Assembly (NCBI GenBank): GCA_965202805.1
Contig: OZ241869.1
Span: 1,792,001-1,856,000 of the forward strand
Reading direction: 5' to 3'
DNA length: 64,000 nucleotides
Source of the DNA: Longimicrobiales bacterium
GTDB taxonomy: Bacteria > Gemmatimonadota > Gemmatimonadetes > Longimicrobiales > Gaopeijiaceae
The stretch's first letter is position 1. Every line of letters starts with the position of its first letter. Shown one piece after another: positions 19,607 through 29,574 of the stretch. The position numbers were made by a program, and so were the translations under genes. The notes beneath the pieces were generated by a model that was not told the DNA's origin, ran no database searches, and saw only the letters and a program-made list of their open reading frames with translations.

Positions 19607-22600
19607 ATGACCATGTCCGCATCCCGCATTAGCCCATTCCTGGCCGCTTTCCGCATGGCCGCGCCCGCCGCCGCGGTTCGCCTCGCGCTGGCCGCAAGCC
19701 TCGCGCTGGCCGCGGGCCTCGCGCTGGTCGCGGGCCTCGCGTTGCCGGCAATCCCGCTTTCCGCCCAAGGGGTCCCGGAGGAGCATCTGAGCGGCCTCCG
19801 CTTCCGCCACATCGGGCCGGTGGGGAACCGGCTCGCGTCCGTCGTCGGAGTGCCCGGCAACCGCAACATCTACTTCGCGGGCGCGGCCAGCGGGGGCATC
19901 TGGCGCACCGAGGATGCGGGGCTCAACTGGGAGCCGGTTTTCGACGACCAGCCCGTGCACTCCATCGGCGCGCTCGCGGTGGCGTCCAGCGACCACGCCA
20001 TGGTGTGGGCCGGCACGGGCGAGTCGTCCATCCGGTCGAACGTCTCCATCGGCAACGGCGCGTGGAAGTCCACCGACGGCGGCGACACCTGGGCGCACAT
20101 GGGGCTCGAGGGGACGGGGCGGGTCGGCCGCATCCTCATCCATCCGGCCGATCCGGACATCGTCTACGTCGCCGCGCTCGGGCACGCGTACCAGCCCTCC
20201 GAGGAGCGGGGCGTCTACCGCACCCTCGACGGGGGCGAGAGCTGGGAGCGGGTGCTCTTCGTGGACCCGGGGGCGGGCGCATACGAGATGGTGATGGACC
20301 CGAACAACCCGCGTAAGATCGTGGCCAGCATGTGGGACCTGGACCTCAAGACCTGGAAGCGGGACAGTGGCGGCCCCGCGAGCGGCATCCACGTGACCAT
20401 GGACGGGGGCGACACCTGGCGCGAGATCGAAGGCAACGGCCTGCCGACGCGCCGCATCGGCAAGATCGGGCTCTGCATGTCGGCGTCCGATTCCGACCGC
20501 ATCTACGCCCTCATCGAGACGGGAGACGGGGTGCCCATCGACGGCGAGGAGACCGACTCGGGCGAGCTCTGGAGCACGAGCGACGGGGGCGGCAGCTGGC
20601 GTCTCGCCTCATACAGCCATGACCTCGCCACGCGCCAGGCCTACTACACGCGCTGCGGCGTGGCGCCCGACGACCGCGACGAGGTCTACTTCCTGTCGTC
20701 CAGCTACAGCGTGAGCCGGAACGGCGGCGAGACCCACGAGACCACCAACTTCCTCTTCGCCGGGGACGCGCCGGGCTGGGACCACCACGACATCTGGAGC
20801 GATCCCCTGAACGCCGACCGGATCGCGGTCGCGCACGACGGAGGATTTTCGGTCAGCGAGAACCGCGGGCGCTCCTGGTTCCGGGTGCAGCTGCCGATCG
20901 CGCAGATGTATCACGTGACCGCCGACAACGCGATCCCCTACAACGTGCTGGGCAACCGCCAGGACGGACCTTCCTTCCGGGGGCCGTCGAATTCGCGGAT
21001 GGGCGGTCTGTTCTCGAACGGGCGCATCCCACGCGGGGAGTGGCGCGGCGTGGGCGGCGGCGAGAGCGGATTCGCAACCCCCGACCCGCGCGATCCCAAC
21101 ATCGTGTGGTCGAGCGCATCCGGGGCCGGCGCCGCGGGCGGGATCGTGGTGCGCCACGATGTCGCCAGGGGACAGTTCCGGGACGTCGAGGTGTGGCCCA
21201 TGTCAACATTGGGATGGCCTGCGGAGGACATGCGCTTCCGCTTCCAGTGGACCTTCCCGCTGCTGCTGTCGCCGCACGACCCCAACACCCTCTACGTCAC
21301 CAGCCAGCACGTGCACCGCACCCGCAACAACGGGCAGAGCTGGGAGGTGATCAGCCCCGACCTCTCCACCAACGACAAGTCCCGCCAGACCATCTCCGGA
21401 GGACTGACCCCGGACAACATCGGCGTGGAGTTCTGCTGCGTGATCTACGCCTTCGACGAGTCGCCGGTGGAGGCCGGCGTCCTGTGGGCCGGCACCAACG
21501 ACGGGCTCATGCAGGTGAGCCGCGACAACGGCGCCATCTGGACCAACGTGACCGAAAACATCCCCGATCTGCCCGCCGACGGTGTTGTGCGGAGCATCGA
21601 CGCCTCGCGCTGGGACGCCGCCCGCGCCTATATCACCATCGAGCATCACCAGGTGGGCGACTTCGAGGCGCGCGCCTACCGCACCGACGACTTCGGCGAG
21701 AGCTGGACCCGGATCACCGACGGGGTCGACAACTATCCCGTCGACTATACGCGGTATCTGCTGGAGGACGCGGTGCGCCCGGGTCTGCTCTATCTGGGAA
21801 CCGAGAGTTCGCTCTACATCAGCTATGACGACGGCGACAGCTGGCAGCGCTTCATGCCTGGCCTCCCGCCCACGCCGTACTACGGCATCTTCCAGCAGGA
21901 GCACTTCAACGACCTGGTGATCGGGACGTACGGGCGCGGCTACTGGATCCTGGACGACCTGGGGCCGGTGCAGCAGCTGACCGACGAGGTGGCCGCATCG
22001 GCCGCGCACCTCTTCGAGCCGCGTGACGCCTACCGCTTCCGCCCGGTGACCGAGCCCGCGACCATGCTCGGCGACTGGTCCGACGGCGAGAACCCGGAGG
22101 GCGACGCCCCGCTGACCTACTGGCTGGGCGAGGGCGCCGGCGCGGTGCAGCTGCGCATAGACGACAGCGCCGGCGAGGAGGTCACGACCCTGGACGGCAC
22201 CAGCAGCGCGGGCTTCAACCGCGTGTGGTGGGACCTGACCGGGGACGGCCCGACCGAGATCCGGCTGCGGACGAAGCCGCTCTACTCGGACTGGTTCCCG
22301 ATGCCGGACGAGGGCTACCGCGTGGGCGGGATGGGGTTCGGCGGCGGCGGCGGGCCGCTCCAGCCGCCGGGCACCTACACGGTGACTCTGCTCGTCGATG
22401 ATGAAGAGATGGGAAGCCAGCCGCTGACCGTGCTGAAGGACCCCAACTCGGAGGGCACACTCGCCGACATCGCCGCGCAGACCGAGCTGGTGCAGGAGAT
22501 TATGGCCGACCGCAACCGGGCCGCGGACATGGTGAACCGCATCGAGCTACTGCGGCGCCAGATCTACGACCTGCGGCCGGTGCTCGAGGAAGAAGAGGGC

Positions 22601-22912
22601 GCGGAGGATCTGATCGAAGCCGGGGAGGCGCTGGATGCGGCGCTGATCGAGGTGGAACACGAGCTGATTCAGCTGATGGACACCGGAAGCGACGGCGTGC
22701 GCTGGCCCTCGATGATCGTGGGGCGGCTGCGTTACCTGCAGGGGGCCGTGGCCACGGCGGACTTCCCACCGACCGACCAGCACCGGGAGGTGTCCCAGGT
22801 GCTGAGGGTGCAGCTGGGGGAGGTGGAGGAGGCGCTGCAGGAGGTGCTGGCGGAGGATCTGGAGAACTTCAACCGGATGCTGCAGCAGAGGATTGGGAGG
22901 GTGATTACGTAG
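19607..22912 (+). CDS. VPS10/BNR-repeat (sialidase-like) secreted glycosyl-hydrolase-like protein
   Basis: LRFRHIGP, many S/T-x-D-G-G-x-S/T-W Asp-boxes, DHHDIW, DLVIGTYGRGYWILD, PGTYTVTL. Confidence 0.88.
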   Translation: MTMSASRISPFLAAFRMAAPAAAVRLALAASLALAAGLALVAGLALPAIPLSAQGVPEEHLSGLRFRHIGPVGNRLASVVGVPGNRNIYFAGAASGGIWRTEDAGLNWEPVFDDQPVHSIGALAVASSDHAMVWAGTGESSIRSNVSIGNGAWKSTDGGDTWAHMGLEGTGRVGRILIHPADPDIVYVAALGHAYQPSEERGVYRTLDGGESWERVLFVDPGAGAYEMVMDPNNPRKIVASMWDLDLKTWKRDSGGPASGIHVTMDGGDTWREIEGNGLPTRRIGKIGLCMSASDSDRIYALIETGDGVPIDGEETDSGELWSTSDGGGSWRLASYSHDLATRQAYYTRCGVAPDDRDEVYFLSSSYSVSRNGGETHETTNFLFAGDAPGWDHHDIWSDPLNADRIAVAHDGGFSVSENRGRSWFRVQLPIAQMYHVTADNAIPYNVLGNRQDGPSFRGPSNSRMGGLFSNGRIPRGEWRGVGGGESGFATPDPRDPNIVWSSASGAGAAGGIVVRHDVARGQFRDVEVWPMSTLGWPAEDMRFRFQWTFPLLLSPHDPNTLYVTSQHVHRTRNNGQSWEVISPDLSTNDKSRQTISGGLTPDNIGVEFCCVIYAFDESPVEAGVLWAGTNDGLMQVSRDNGAIWTNVTENIPDLPADGVVRSIDASRWDAARAYITIEHHQVGDFEARAYRTDDFGESWTRITDGVDNYPVDYTRYLLEDAVRPGLLYLGTESSLYISYDDGDSWQRFMPGLPPTPYYGIFQQEHFNDLVIGTYGRGYWILDDLGPVQQLTDEVAASAAHLFEPRDAYRFRPVTEPATMLGDWSDGENPEGDAPLTYWLGEGAGAVQLRIDDSAGEEVTTLDGTSSAGFNRVWWDLTGDGPTEIRLRTKPLYSDWFPMPDEGYRVGGMGFGGGGGPLQPPGTYTVTLLVDDEEMGSQPLTVLKDPNSEGTLADIAAQTELVQEIMADRNRAADMVNRIELLRRQIYDLRPVLEEEEGAEDLIEAGEALDAALIEVEHELIQLMDTGSDGVRWPSMIVGRLRYLQGAVATADFPPTDQHREVSQVLRVQLGEVEEALQEVLAEDLENFNRMLQQRIGRVIT
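19681..19752 (+). repeat. 18-bp tandem repeat x4 inside signal peptide (LALAAS/LALAAG/LALVAG/LALPAI)
   Basis: cctcgcgctggccgcaag/cctcgcgctggccgcggg/cctcgcgctggtcgcggg/cctcgcgttgccggcaat. Confidence 0.8.
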
Positions 22913-22952
22913 GAGGGCGTCCACGCGTCGCGAGCCTTGATCGCTATTGGGA

Positions 22953-23739
22953 TCAGTTGCTCGGGGAGCGTCGGCCTGCCGCGGCTCCGGGCATACCAGC
23001 GAGCCACTCCTTTCGCGCCAAGACGTCCCGAGCCAGCGCTAGCTGACCCCGGCTGAACATCCTCTTCCTATCGCTCCAAGAGTAGACGAGCCTCTCGATG
23101 TCCTCCCTGGTGGCAGCCTCGCGCTTCTTCGCGACCCAATGAACAGTCGCGAGCAGTTCAAGGCCGAACGGTGATTCGAATCCTTCCACCAAGTCGACCA
23201 CTCGTTGGAGATTGGTGTGCGTAGCTGCTCTTTGTTCGAGAAACGCGTTTGCATCTTCCAGCGCACCAGGCACCAGTTCCAGTTGTTTATGGGGCTCGTC
23301 GCCTCCGTCCGCATAGCCAGTAACCATATATCCCTCAATGGCGTGCAGCACATGACTGAGATTGTCTGCGAACGGGCCATAGGGGCCTGGCTCGAATCGC
23401 AATCGCAACGGCTCTCCGGCTTCCTGCATGAAATAAAGGAGCTTGTGTACCTCCAACAGCGTAACATAGGGTTCCATCATCCCCCGCAGATAGCGATCCA
23501 TCAGCGCGATCAATGCTGCCCGACCTGGCGTCATCCCGGGAACCTTGGGTGATCGAGCAAGACGCCTGGCTCCCGATCGACCGCGCGGCTCAAATACAAC
23601 AACGTCGACCTCCCTTAAGTCACCGAGGGCCTTCTCAATGCGTCGGCGTACAACCGGCCATGCCAAGCCTCCAGTTCACCGTGTTCACAAGAGCATCGGC
23701 GCTCTCGGAGAGGATATCGCCAGTCTTGTATTGAATCAT
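22953..23739 (-). pseudogene. darG: DarG macrodomain antitoxin, macrodomain core deleted with frameshift
   Basis: AGGAGG + ATG 23739 gives MIQYKTGDILSESADALVNTVN, then jumps at ~23673 into another frame GGLAWPVVR...LLEVHKLLYFMQEAGEPLRLRF..GPYGPFADNL...FESPFGLELLATVHWV. Confidence 0.85.
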
Positions 23740-23748
23740 TCGCGCCTC

Positions 23749-23894
23749 CTAGTAGTACCAATGCGGCATGACCTGCACTCAGCCTGCTTGCCCTCCTTCA
23801 GGCGCTGCCAATCGTTAGCCTGTACAGCACGCCAATCGATTTCGTCCAAGTCTGCCAAGTCACAGAAATCCTCGCAGTAAAACGAGGCAGCGTT
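23749..23894 (-). pseudogene. darT: DarT DNA ADP-ribosyltransferase toxin remnant
   Basis: Manual translation NAASFYCEDFCDLADLDEIDWRAVQANDWQRLKEGKQAE, then shifted QVMPHWYY*; N-terminus absent. Confidence 0.8.
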
Positions 23895-23964
23895 TCAACT
23901 CGACCAGCCGTAATCTCTCCCATTCCGGCGTGCGAGAGAATGGCAGAATAGGCCACTCCCTCAC

Positions 23965-24906
23965 TCACCCCCGGAACCGATTCTCGTTGTGCCACTCCAG
24001 GTAGTCCCGCCCAGGCCGGTGTTCCGAGCGGGCAGGCACCCACAGCCCCTTGCCGTGAAGTTTGTAGTAGTTCTCGCCGTCATCGAAGTCCGTGTGGATG
24101 TGCTTGCTAACCTCGAAGTGGTGGTCCGGCGTGACGGTTACGTAACCCGCGTCGAAGAGCCTGTGTACATCGGACCGCAGCAACATCCCGTTCTGCACGT
24201 AGTTCTCCGGGACCTCGCTGAAAGGCTGGATGTGGGCCGCGTCGAGAGCCGGGAGCGCCTTCTCACGAGTTACCGCGCACTGCCGCTCGTATACGTCGGT
24301 GACGACGCTTCGGAAGATTCCCTGTCCCACTCGATGTCTCGCGGGCGTGGGATCTGAATAGCCTCCCGGAAGATCCAGCCCGCCCTCGGGCTTCGGTTCC
24401 GCAACGATGGTCCCGTGGAGGCGATCGGTCACCTGCCTCCACAGATCGCGCCCGATCCCGGCGCGCAAGTCGTATCCCTTCCCGCGCTGAATGCTCGGAG
24501 CCCAATCGGCTGGCTGGCGAAACCAGTCCTTCTCACCCCAGAAGAAGGGCTCCGCCAGGAGGATGCACCCGATCACGTAGTTCGAGGACCGCGGACGATC
24601 CCGGCGGAGATGAGCGGTGCGCTGCCGAACCGCCTCAAGGCTCGGAGCACCGTTCTTCTCCCCGAACGCCTGCCACGCCAAGCCGACCGGGAGTTCGGTG
24701 TAATGCTCGAAGAAGCCGCCGCCCGCAATCACGTTGTGCGGACTCTTCAGCTTGAATAGCAACGGTTGGCCTCGAGTGAGGACGCGGAAGTGACCACCCC
24801 AGGGCTTCGGAGTCCAGAAGTTGACTTCGTCCACCCGCTCGTGACGGGAAAGGCTCCTGAGGTGATCGAACCAGTTCTTGTCCGTGACGGCGGCGTATGC
24901 GTTCAA
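23965..24906 (-). CDS. HNH endonuclease, putative restriction/defence nuclease
   Basis: VTDKNWF..EVNFWTP..LFKLKSP N-domain; RVGQGIFR, YERQCAVT, AAHIQPF, NGMLLRSDVHRLFDAGY, LEWHN. Confidence 0.88.
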   Translation of the reverse strand: MNAYAAVTDKNWFDHLRSLSRHERVDEVNFWTPKPWGGHFRVLTRGQPLLFKLKSPHNVIAGGGFFEHYTELPVGLAWQAFGEKNGAPSLEAVRQRTAHLRRDRPRSSNYVIGCILLAEPFFWGEKDWFRQPADWAPSIQRGKGYDLRAGIGRDLWRQVTDRLHGTIVAEPKPEGGLDLPGGYSDPTPARHRVGQGIFRSVVTDVYERQCAVTREKALPALDAAHIQPFSEVPENYVQNGMLLRSDVHRLFDAGYVTVTPDHHFEVSKHIHTDFDDGENYYKLHGKGLWVPARSEHRPGRDYLEWHNENRFRG

Positions 24907-25146
24907 GGCCGAGTCCTCTGTCCCCGTGGCGAAAGCTCCAGCGGCCTGGATGATGTAATCGCAGCAATCTACGCCTCGCAGGCTCATCGCGCCGCTACCT
25001 CAATACTCGACCTTGCCTTGGCCCACCGAGACCTGGCTTCGTGGCCGCCGCGGTTTGTCCACCCCATCCCCACCGCCGTAAGTTGCCGGTGTCACCGTTG
25101 GATTCCTGCCGGCCTCGATGCCCGGGGCTGGTGAAGGTGCACGCGC

Positions 25147-25977
25147 ATGGCTGAACCGACATCGGCAACGCCCCTCTTCCGACGCGTCCTGCGCGAGCCG
25201 ACGTCCCATTTTGTCCTGTTGGCGGCCGTGTTGTTCGGGGCGAACGCGGCGCTTGAGTCGTGGCGCGGCAACGTCATCACGATCGATCGCGTGCAGATCG
25301 ACGTTCGGATCGCGGAACTGGAAGCGCTGCGCGGCGGGCCGCTGAGCCCGGAGGAGCGGCAGCTCGTCGAGGATGCGTACATCGACGAGCAGGTTCTCGT
25401 GCGCGAGGCCCTCGACATGGGGCTTGAAGCCGATCGCAGGATCGACGACATCCTCGTGCAGAAGATGCTTCACGTTCTGAGCGGAGACGTCATTCAGCCC
25501 ACCGAGGACGAGCTCGGGGAGTTCTACGAGGCGAACCGCGCGGGCTACACGCCGGAGTCGACGCTCACCGTCGAGGAGGTGGTCATCGCCGGGGGCTCGC
25601 CCGCGGCCGGAGACCTGGTGGCGCGGCTGCGGGCCGGCGCATCCACCCAGGAGTTCGCCGGGAACCCCGACGTGCGGGCGTCCGTGTTGCGCGAGGTGAC
25701 GGGCGGTGATCTGAGGAGGTTGTTCGGGCCGGTGACCGCCGAGCTCATCCTCAGCGCGAACACCGAGGGCTGGATCGGGCCGCATGCGACGGTTCGGGGG
25801 CAGCACTGGTTCCGGATCGTCGAGCAGACGACGCCCGAGCTCCCGCCTCTCGACAGCGTGCGCGAGCGGGTCCGCCTCGACTGGGTCGCCGACCAGGAGG
25901 CCGCGAGGCTGGACCTGGCGGTCCGGGGGCTGCGCGAGCACTACAACATCGTCATCCAAGAGCCGGAAGGGCGATGA
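25147..25977 (+). CDS. PpiC-type peptidyl-prolyl isomerase-like protein
   Basis: LREPTSHF, EQVLVREALDMGL, WIGP...RGQHWFRI; coupled to HupE/UreJ gene. Confidence 0.8.
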   Translation: MAEPTSATPLFRRVLREPTSHFVLLAAVLFGANAALESWRGNVITIDRVQIDVRIAELEALRGGPLSPEERQLVEDAYIDEQVLVREALDMGLEADRRIDDILVQKMLHVLSGDVIQPTEDELGEFYEANRAGYTPESTLTVEEVVIAGGSPAAGDLVARLRAGASTQEFAGNPDVRASVLREVTGGDLRRLFGPVTAELILSANTEGWIGPHATVRGQHWFRIVEQTTPELPPLDSVRERVRLDWVADQEAARLDLAVRGLREHYNIVIQEPEGR

Positions 25978-27059
25978 CGACGCAAGCTGCCGGTCTCGCA
26001 GCGGTCCTCGCGCTCGTCGTCGCGTATCCCCCTCCGGCGCCCGGCCATGAGGCGGACGGCACGCGGCCGCCGGTGCCCGGCCGCGCCGCAGCCATCGCCC
26101 CGATCCCCCGTCCCGCCCACGACGTCGACGTCACCTCCGTCGCCCGCGTCTACCTCGACCAGATCGGCGACGCCCGGTACGTGTTCTCGATCGTCGATAC
26201 CCAGGTGTCGCCCATCATCGACCTGCGCGCCGTCCTGCCGGAGCGCTGCACACCGCTTCGCTCGGAGGCCGCGGGGGTGCTCGTGAGCGCGGGCTTCGCG
26301 TTCGAGTGCGCGTCCGAACTGACCTTCGACGACAGCCTGGAGCTGCCCTGGTCGCTGGCCGGGGTGGTCGCGCTGGTGCGCTGGAGCGACGGCACCGAGG
26401 CGTCGGCCTACTTCCGCGGCGACGGGCGCTCGGTCTCCATCCGGCTGGCGGATCTGCGCGCCGGGGGCGGCACGACGGGCCGGCTCGCGGGCACGTACTT
26501 CATTCTCGGCGGGGAGCACATCCTCTTCGGGATCGATCACCTGCTCTTCGTTCTGGGCCTGCTCCTGCTCGTCGGGGGATTCTGGTCGCTGGTCAAGACC
26601 ATCACCTCTTTCACTCTGGCGCACAGCATCACCCTGGGGCTGGCCGTGCTCGGCTACGTGCCCGTGGATCGCGCCCCGGTCGAGGCCGCGATCGCCCTCT
26701 CCATCGTGCTGCTGGCCCGCGAGATCGTGGTCGGGCACCGCGGGCGGAAGTCGCTCGTGCACCGGTATCCGTGGCTGGTCGCGTTCGTCTTCGGGTTGCT
26801 GCACGGGCTCGGGTTCGCCGGCGCCCTCGGCGAGATCGGGCTCAGGTCGAGCGACGTTCCGGTGGCCCTCCTCTTCTTCAATCTGGGCGTCGAGGCGGGG
26901 CAGCTCGCGTTCGTCGTGGCGCTGATCGCGCTGGCGAAGATCGCCGGACGGGCAAGGCAAATGGCGGTGCAGCGGGTCGAGCCAGCCCTCGGCTACGCCC
27001 TGGGCGCCTTCGCCACCTTCTGGTTCCTGGATCGCCTTCCGGCGCTATGGGGCGCGTGA
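25974..27059 (+). CDS. HupE/UreJ family membrane protein
   Basis: HILFGIDHLLF, FTLAHSITL, VEAAIALSI, FGLLHGLGFA, FNLGVEAGQL. Confidence 0.9.
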   Translation: MTTQAAGLAAVLALVVAYPPPAPGHEADGTRPPVPGRAAAIAPIPRPAHDVDVTSVARVYLDQIGDARYVFSIVDTQVSPIIDLRAVLPERCTPLRSEAAGVLVSAGFAFECASELTFDDSLELPWSLAGVVALVRWSDGTEASAYFRGDGRSVSIRLADLRAGGGTTGRLAGTYFILGGEHILFGIDHLLFVLGLLLLVGGFWSLVKTITSFTLAHSITLGLAVLGYVPVDRAPVEAAIALSIVLLAREIVVGHRGRKSLVHRYPWLVAFVFGLLHGLGFAGALGEIGLRSSDVPVALLFFNLGVEAGQLAFVVALIALAKIAGRARQMAVQRVEPALGYALGAFATFWFLDRLPALWGA

Positions 27060-27153
27060 ATGGATGATGCGAAATGCGTGAGAAACCTGGTGTGGTGGCT
27101 GATATCGAGGATTGCCCAGTCAGGCCAGGACCCGTGACCAAGACGGAGGAACC

Positions 27154-28866
27154 ATGCGTCGCTTGCTGATTGGCGCCTTTCTGCTCTCGCTGCTCCTTCC
27201 CGCCGCGCGCGGACACGCTCAAGAGCCCGCCTCATTCGACGTGCTCATCACCGGGGCCCGGGTCCTGGACGGCACCGGAAACCCGTGGATATACGCGGAT
27301 GTGGGCATCCGGGACGGAATGATCGCGGCGGTGGGCGACCTGGCCGACGCCCCGGCCGAGCGGGTCATCGATGCCCGGGGCAAGGTGGTGGCGCCCGGCT
27401 TCATCGACCTTCATTCCCACGGCGCCGGAGGTCTGGCATCGCCGGACAATCGCCGTCGCGCCGCCGCCAACCTGGTCACCCAGGGCGTGACCACCGTCGT
27501 CATCAACCAGGACGGCCGAAGCCCCGTGGACATCGGCGCGCAGCGGTCGCTGCTGCAGGACCTGCGCATCGGTCCCAACGCGATCCTCATGGTGGGCCAC
27601 AACTCGATCCGCGCGGAGGCCATGGGCAACGACTTCCGGCGCCTCGCGACGCCGGCGGAGGTCGAGCGGATGCAGGCCCTCGCGCGCGCGGGCATGGAAG
27701 CGGGCGCATTCGGGCTGTCCGCGGGACTCGAATACGTGCCCGGCCGCTGGAGCAACACCGACGAGGTCGTCGCGGTTGTGGAGGAGATCGTGCCGTATGG
27801 CGGCGTGTTCATCGAGCATGAGCGCAGCAGCGGCACCTCGCCGATGTGGTGGCGGCCGAGCCAGGACGAGCCCGGCCCTCCGACCATGCTCAACTCCATC
27901 CAGGAGACGATCGAGATCGGCGAGCGCACCGGGGCCACCGTCGTGGCGACCCACATCAAGGCCAGGGGCGCCAACTACTGGGGCTCGAGCGGCGCCATCA
28001 TCGCGGCGATCCGCCGGGCGCGGGACCGGGGCGTCGCCATCTTCGCGGACCAATACCCGTACGCGACCAGCGGCAGCGACGGCAACGTGAGCCTGATTCC
28101 GGAATGGGCGGTGGGCGCGGACGAGGGGCCGCCGGGCGGGGGTCCGGGCGCAGCGCCCGATTACGCGGGAGCCTTGCGCACGACACTGGCCGACCCCGAG
28201 GGCGCCCGCATGCTCAGGCAGGACATCGCATACGAGACCGAGTTCCGTGGCGGCGCGGAGAACATCGTGGTCTTCGACTATCCGGACCGCTCGCTGATCG
28301 GCAAGAGCGTCGCCGAGATCGCAGCCGAGCGCGGGATCTCAACCGTCGAGGCCGCAATCCAGCTCCAGTTGGAGGGGATGCGGGACCGGCGCGGCGGCGG
28401 GCGCCTGCGCAGCTTTTCCTTCTCGGAGGAGGACATCGAGAACTTCGCCGCGCAGTCCTGGGTGGCGACGGCCTCGGACGGCGGCATCTCCCTGCCGGAG
28501 GACGGACCCGCCATCCACGCCCGCTACTACGGCACCTTCCCGCGCAAGATCCGGGAGTACGCGCTCGACCGCGGCGTCCTCTCCGTCGAGAACGCGGTTC
28601 GCTCCATGACCACCCTGCCCGCGCAGATCCTGGGGCTCAGGAACCGCGGCCAGGTGCGGGAAGGGTTCGTGGCCGACGTGGTGGTGCTCGACCTGGAGCA
28701 GATCCGCGACATGGCCACCTTCACCGACCCGCACCAGTACGCGACCGGGATCGACTATGTGCTCGTCAATGGCAGCTTCGTCGTGGACGAGGGCACACCG
28801 ACGGGACTGCTCCCCGGCATCGTGATCACGCCCACCGAGGGCAGAAGGCCGCCCGCGACGGATTGA
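27154..28866 (+). CDS. N-acyl-D-amino-acid deacylase-like amidohydrolase, exported
   Basis: APGFIDLHSH, GLEYVPG, ADQYPY, HARYYGTFPR, GFVADVVV; GGAGG RBS. Confidence 0.9.
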   Translation: MRRLLIGAFLLSLLLPAARGHAQEPASFDVLITGARVLDGTGNPWIYADVGIRDGMIAAVGDLADAPAERVIDARGKVVAPGFIDLHSHGAGGLASPDNRRRAAANLVTQGVTTVVINQDGRSPVDIGAQRSLLQDLRIGPNAILMVGHNSIRAEAMGNDFRRLATPAEVERMQALARAGMEAGAFGLSAGLEYVPGRWSNTDEVVAVVEEIVPYGGVFIEHERSSGTSPMWWRPSQDEPGPPTMLNSIQETIEIGERTGATVVATHIKARGANYWGSSGAIIAAIRRARDRGVAIFADQYPYATSGSDGNVSLIPEWAVGADEGPPGGGPGAAPDYAGALRTTLADPEGARMLRQDIAYETEFRGGAENIVVFDYPDRSLIGKSVAEIAAERGISTVEAAIQLQLEGMRDRRGGGRLRSFSFSEEDIENFAAQSWVATASDGGISLPEDGPAIHARYYGTFPRKIREYALDRGVLSVENAVRSMTTLPAQILGLRNRGQVREGFVADVVVLDLEQIRDMATFTDPHQYATGIDYVLVNGSFVVDEGTPTGLLPGIVITPTEGRRPPATD

Positions 28867-28876
28867 GCCATCCGGG

Positions 28877-28923
28877 TTGACCGGATCGAGCGGTGATGAC
28901 TACGATATATCGCAATTGCGATA
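28877..28923 (+). promoter_or_regulatory. Sigma70-like promoter plus palindromic operator of dinJ-yafQ
   Basis: TTGACC (28877)-18 nt-TACGAT (28901); perfect palindrome TATCGCAATTGCGATA 28908-28923; AGGAGG follows. Confidence 0.7.
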
Positions 28924-28936
28924 CAGGAGGCTCCCG

Positions 28937-29218
28937 ATGAAGACTCGTAGTTCGATGCTCCACGTCCGAATGGACACGGAGATGAAGCGGAAAGCCACGG
29001 CGGCGCTCGCGGCCATGGGGCTGACGGCCTCGGAGGCCGTGCGGCTGTTCTTCCACCGAATCGCCGTCGAGCAGGCCTTCCCTCTCGAACTCAAGGTGCC
29101 GAACGCGCAGACCCGCGGGGCTATGGCCGAGTCGGAGGAGATGATGAGACGAGGGGCGGCTCGATTCGCAACCGCGGACGAGATGTTTGCGGAGCTTGAA
29201 GAAGCCGGCGGTCAGTAA
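28937..29218 (+). CDS. dinJ: RelB/DinJ antitoxin
   Basis: LHVRMD.EMK, GLTASEAVRLF, FPLELKVPNAQTR. Confidence 0.9.
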   Translation: MKTRSSMLHVRMDTEMKRKATAALAAMGLTASEAVRLFFHRIAVEQAFPLELKVPNAQTRGAMAESEEMMRRGAARFATADEMFAELEEAGGQ

Positions 29219-29522
29219 GCGGGCGCATCCACCGCGACGCGCGGATTACACCCGCAGCTTCCTCAAGGACTGGAAGCGGCTTTCGCGTTCGGGCAGGTAC
29301 GACATGAATCGGCTCAAGGCGGTCATGCTCCACCTCATCGCCAACGAGGCCCCGCTCGGTCCCGAACACCGCGATCACGCGCTAAGGGGCGCATGGGCGA
29401 ATCACCGGGAATGCCATGTCGGCGGGGACTTCCTGTTGATCTACCAGGTCGAAGATGCGCCAAAGCCGAGCGGTTCGATCAACTTCGTCCGGGCCGGCAC
29501 CCACACGGAACTGTTCGAATAA
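29187..29522 (+). CDS. yafQ: YafQ-family mRNA interferase toxin
   Basis: FLKDWKRL, DHALRGAW, RECHVGGDFLLIY, RAGTHTELF; start uncertain. Confidence 0.9.
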   Translation: MRSLKKPAVSKRAHPPRRADYTRSFLKDWKRLSRSGRYDMNRLKAVMLHLIANEAPLGPEHRDHALRGAWANHRECHVGGDFLLIYQVEDAPKPSGSINFVRAGTHTELFE

Positions 29523-29574
29523 GGCCATTCTCACGGAGAAAGCGCCGACTGTCCCCTTCTCGGCCGCTCTCCCG

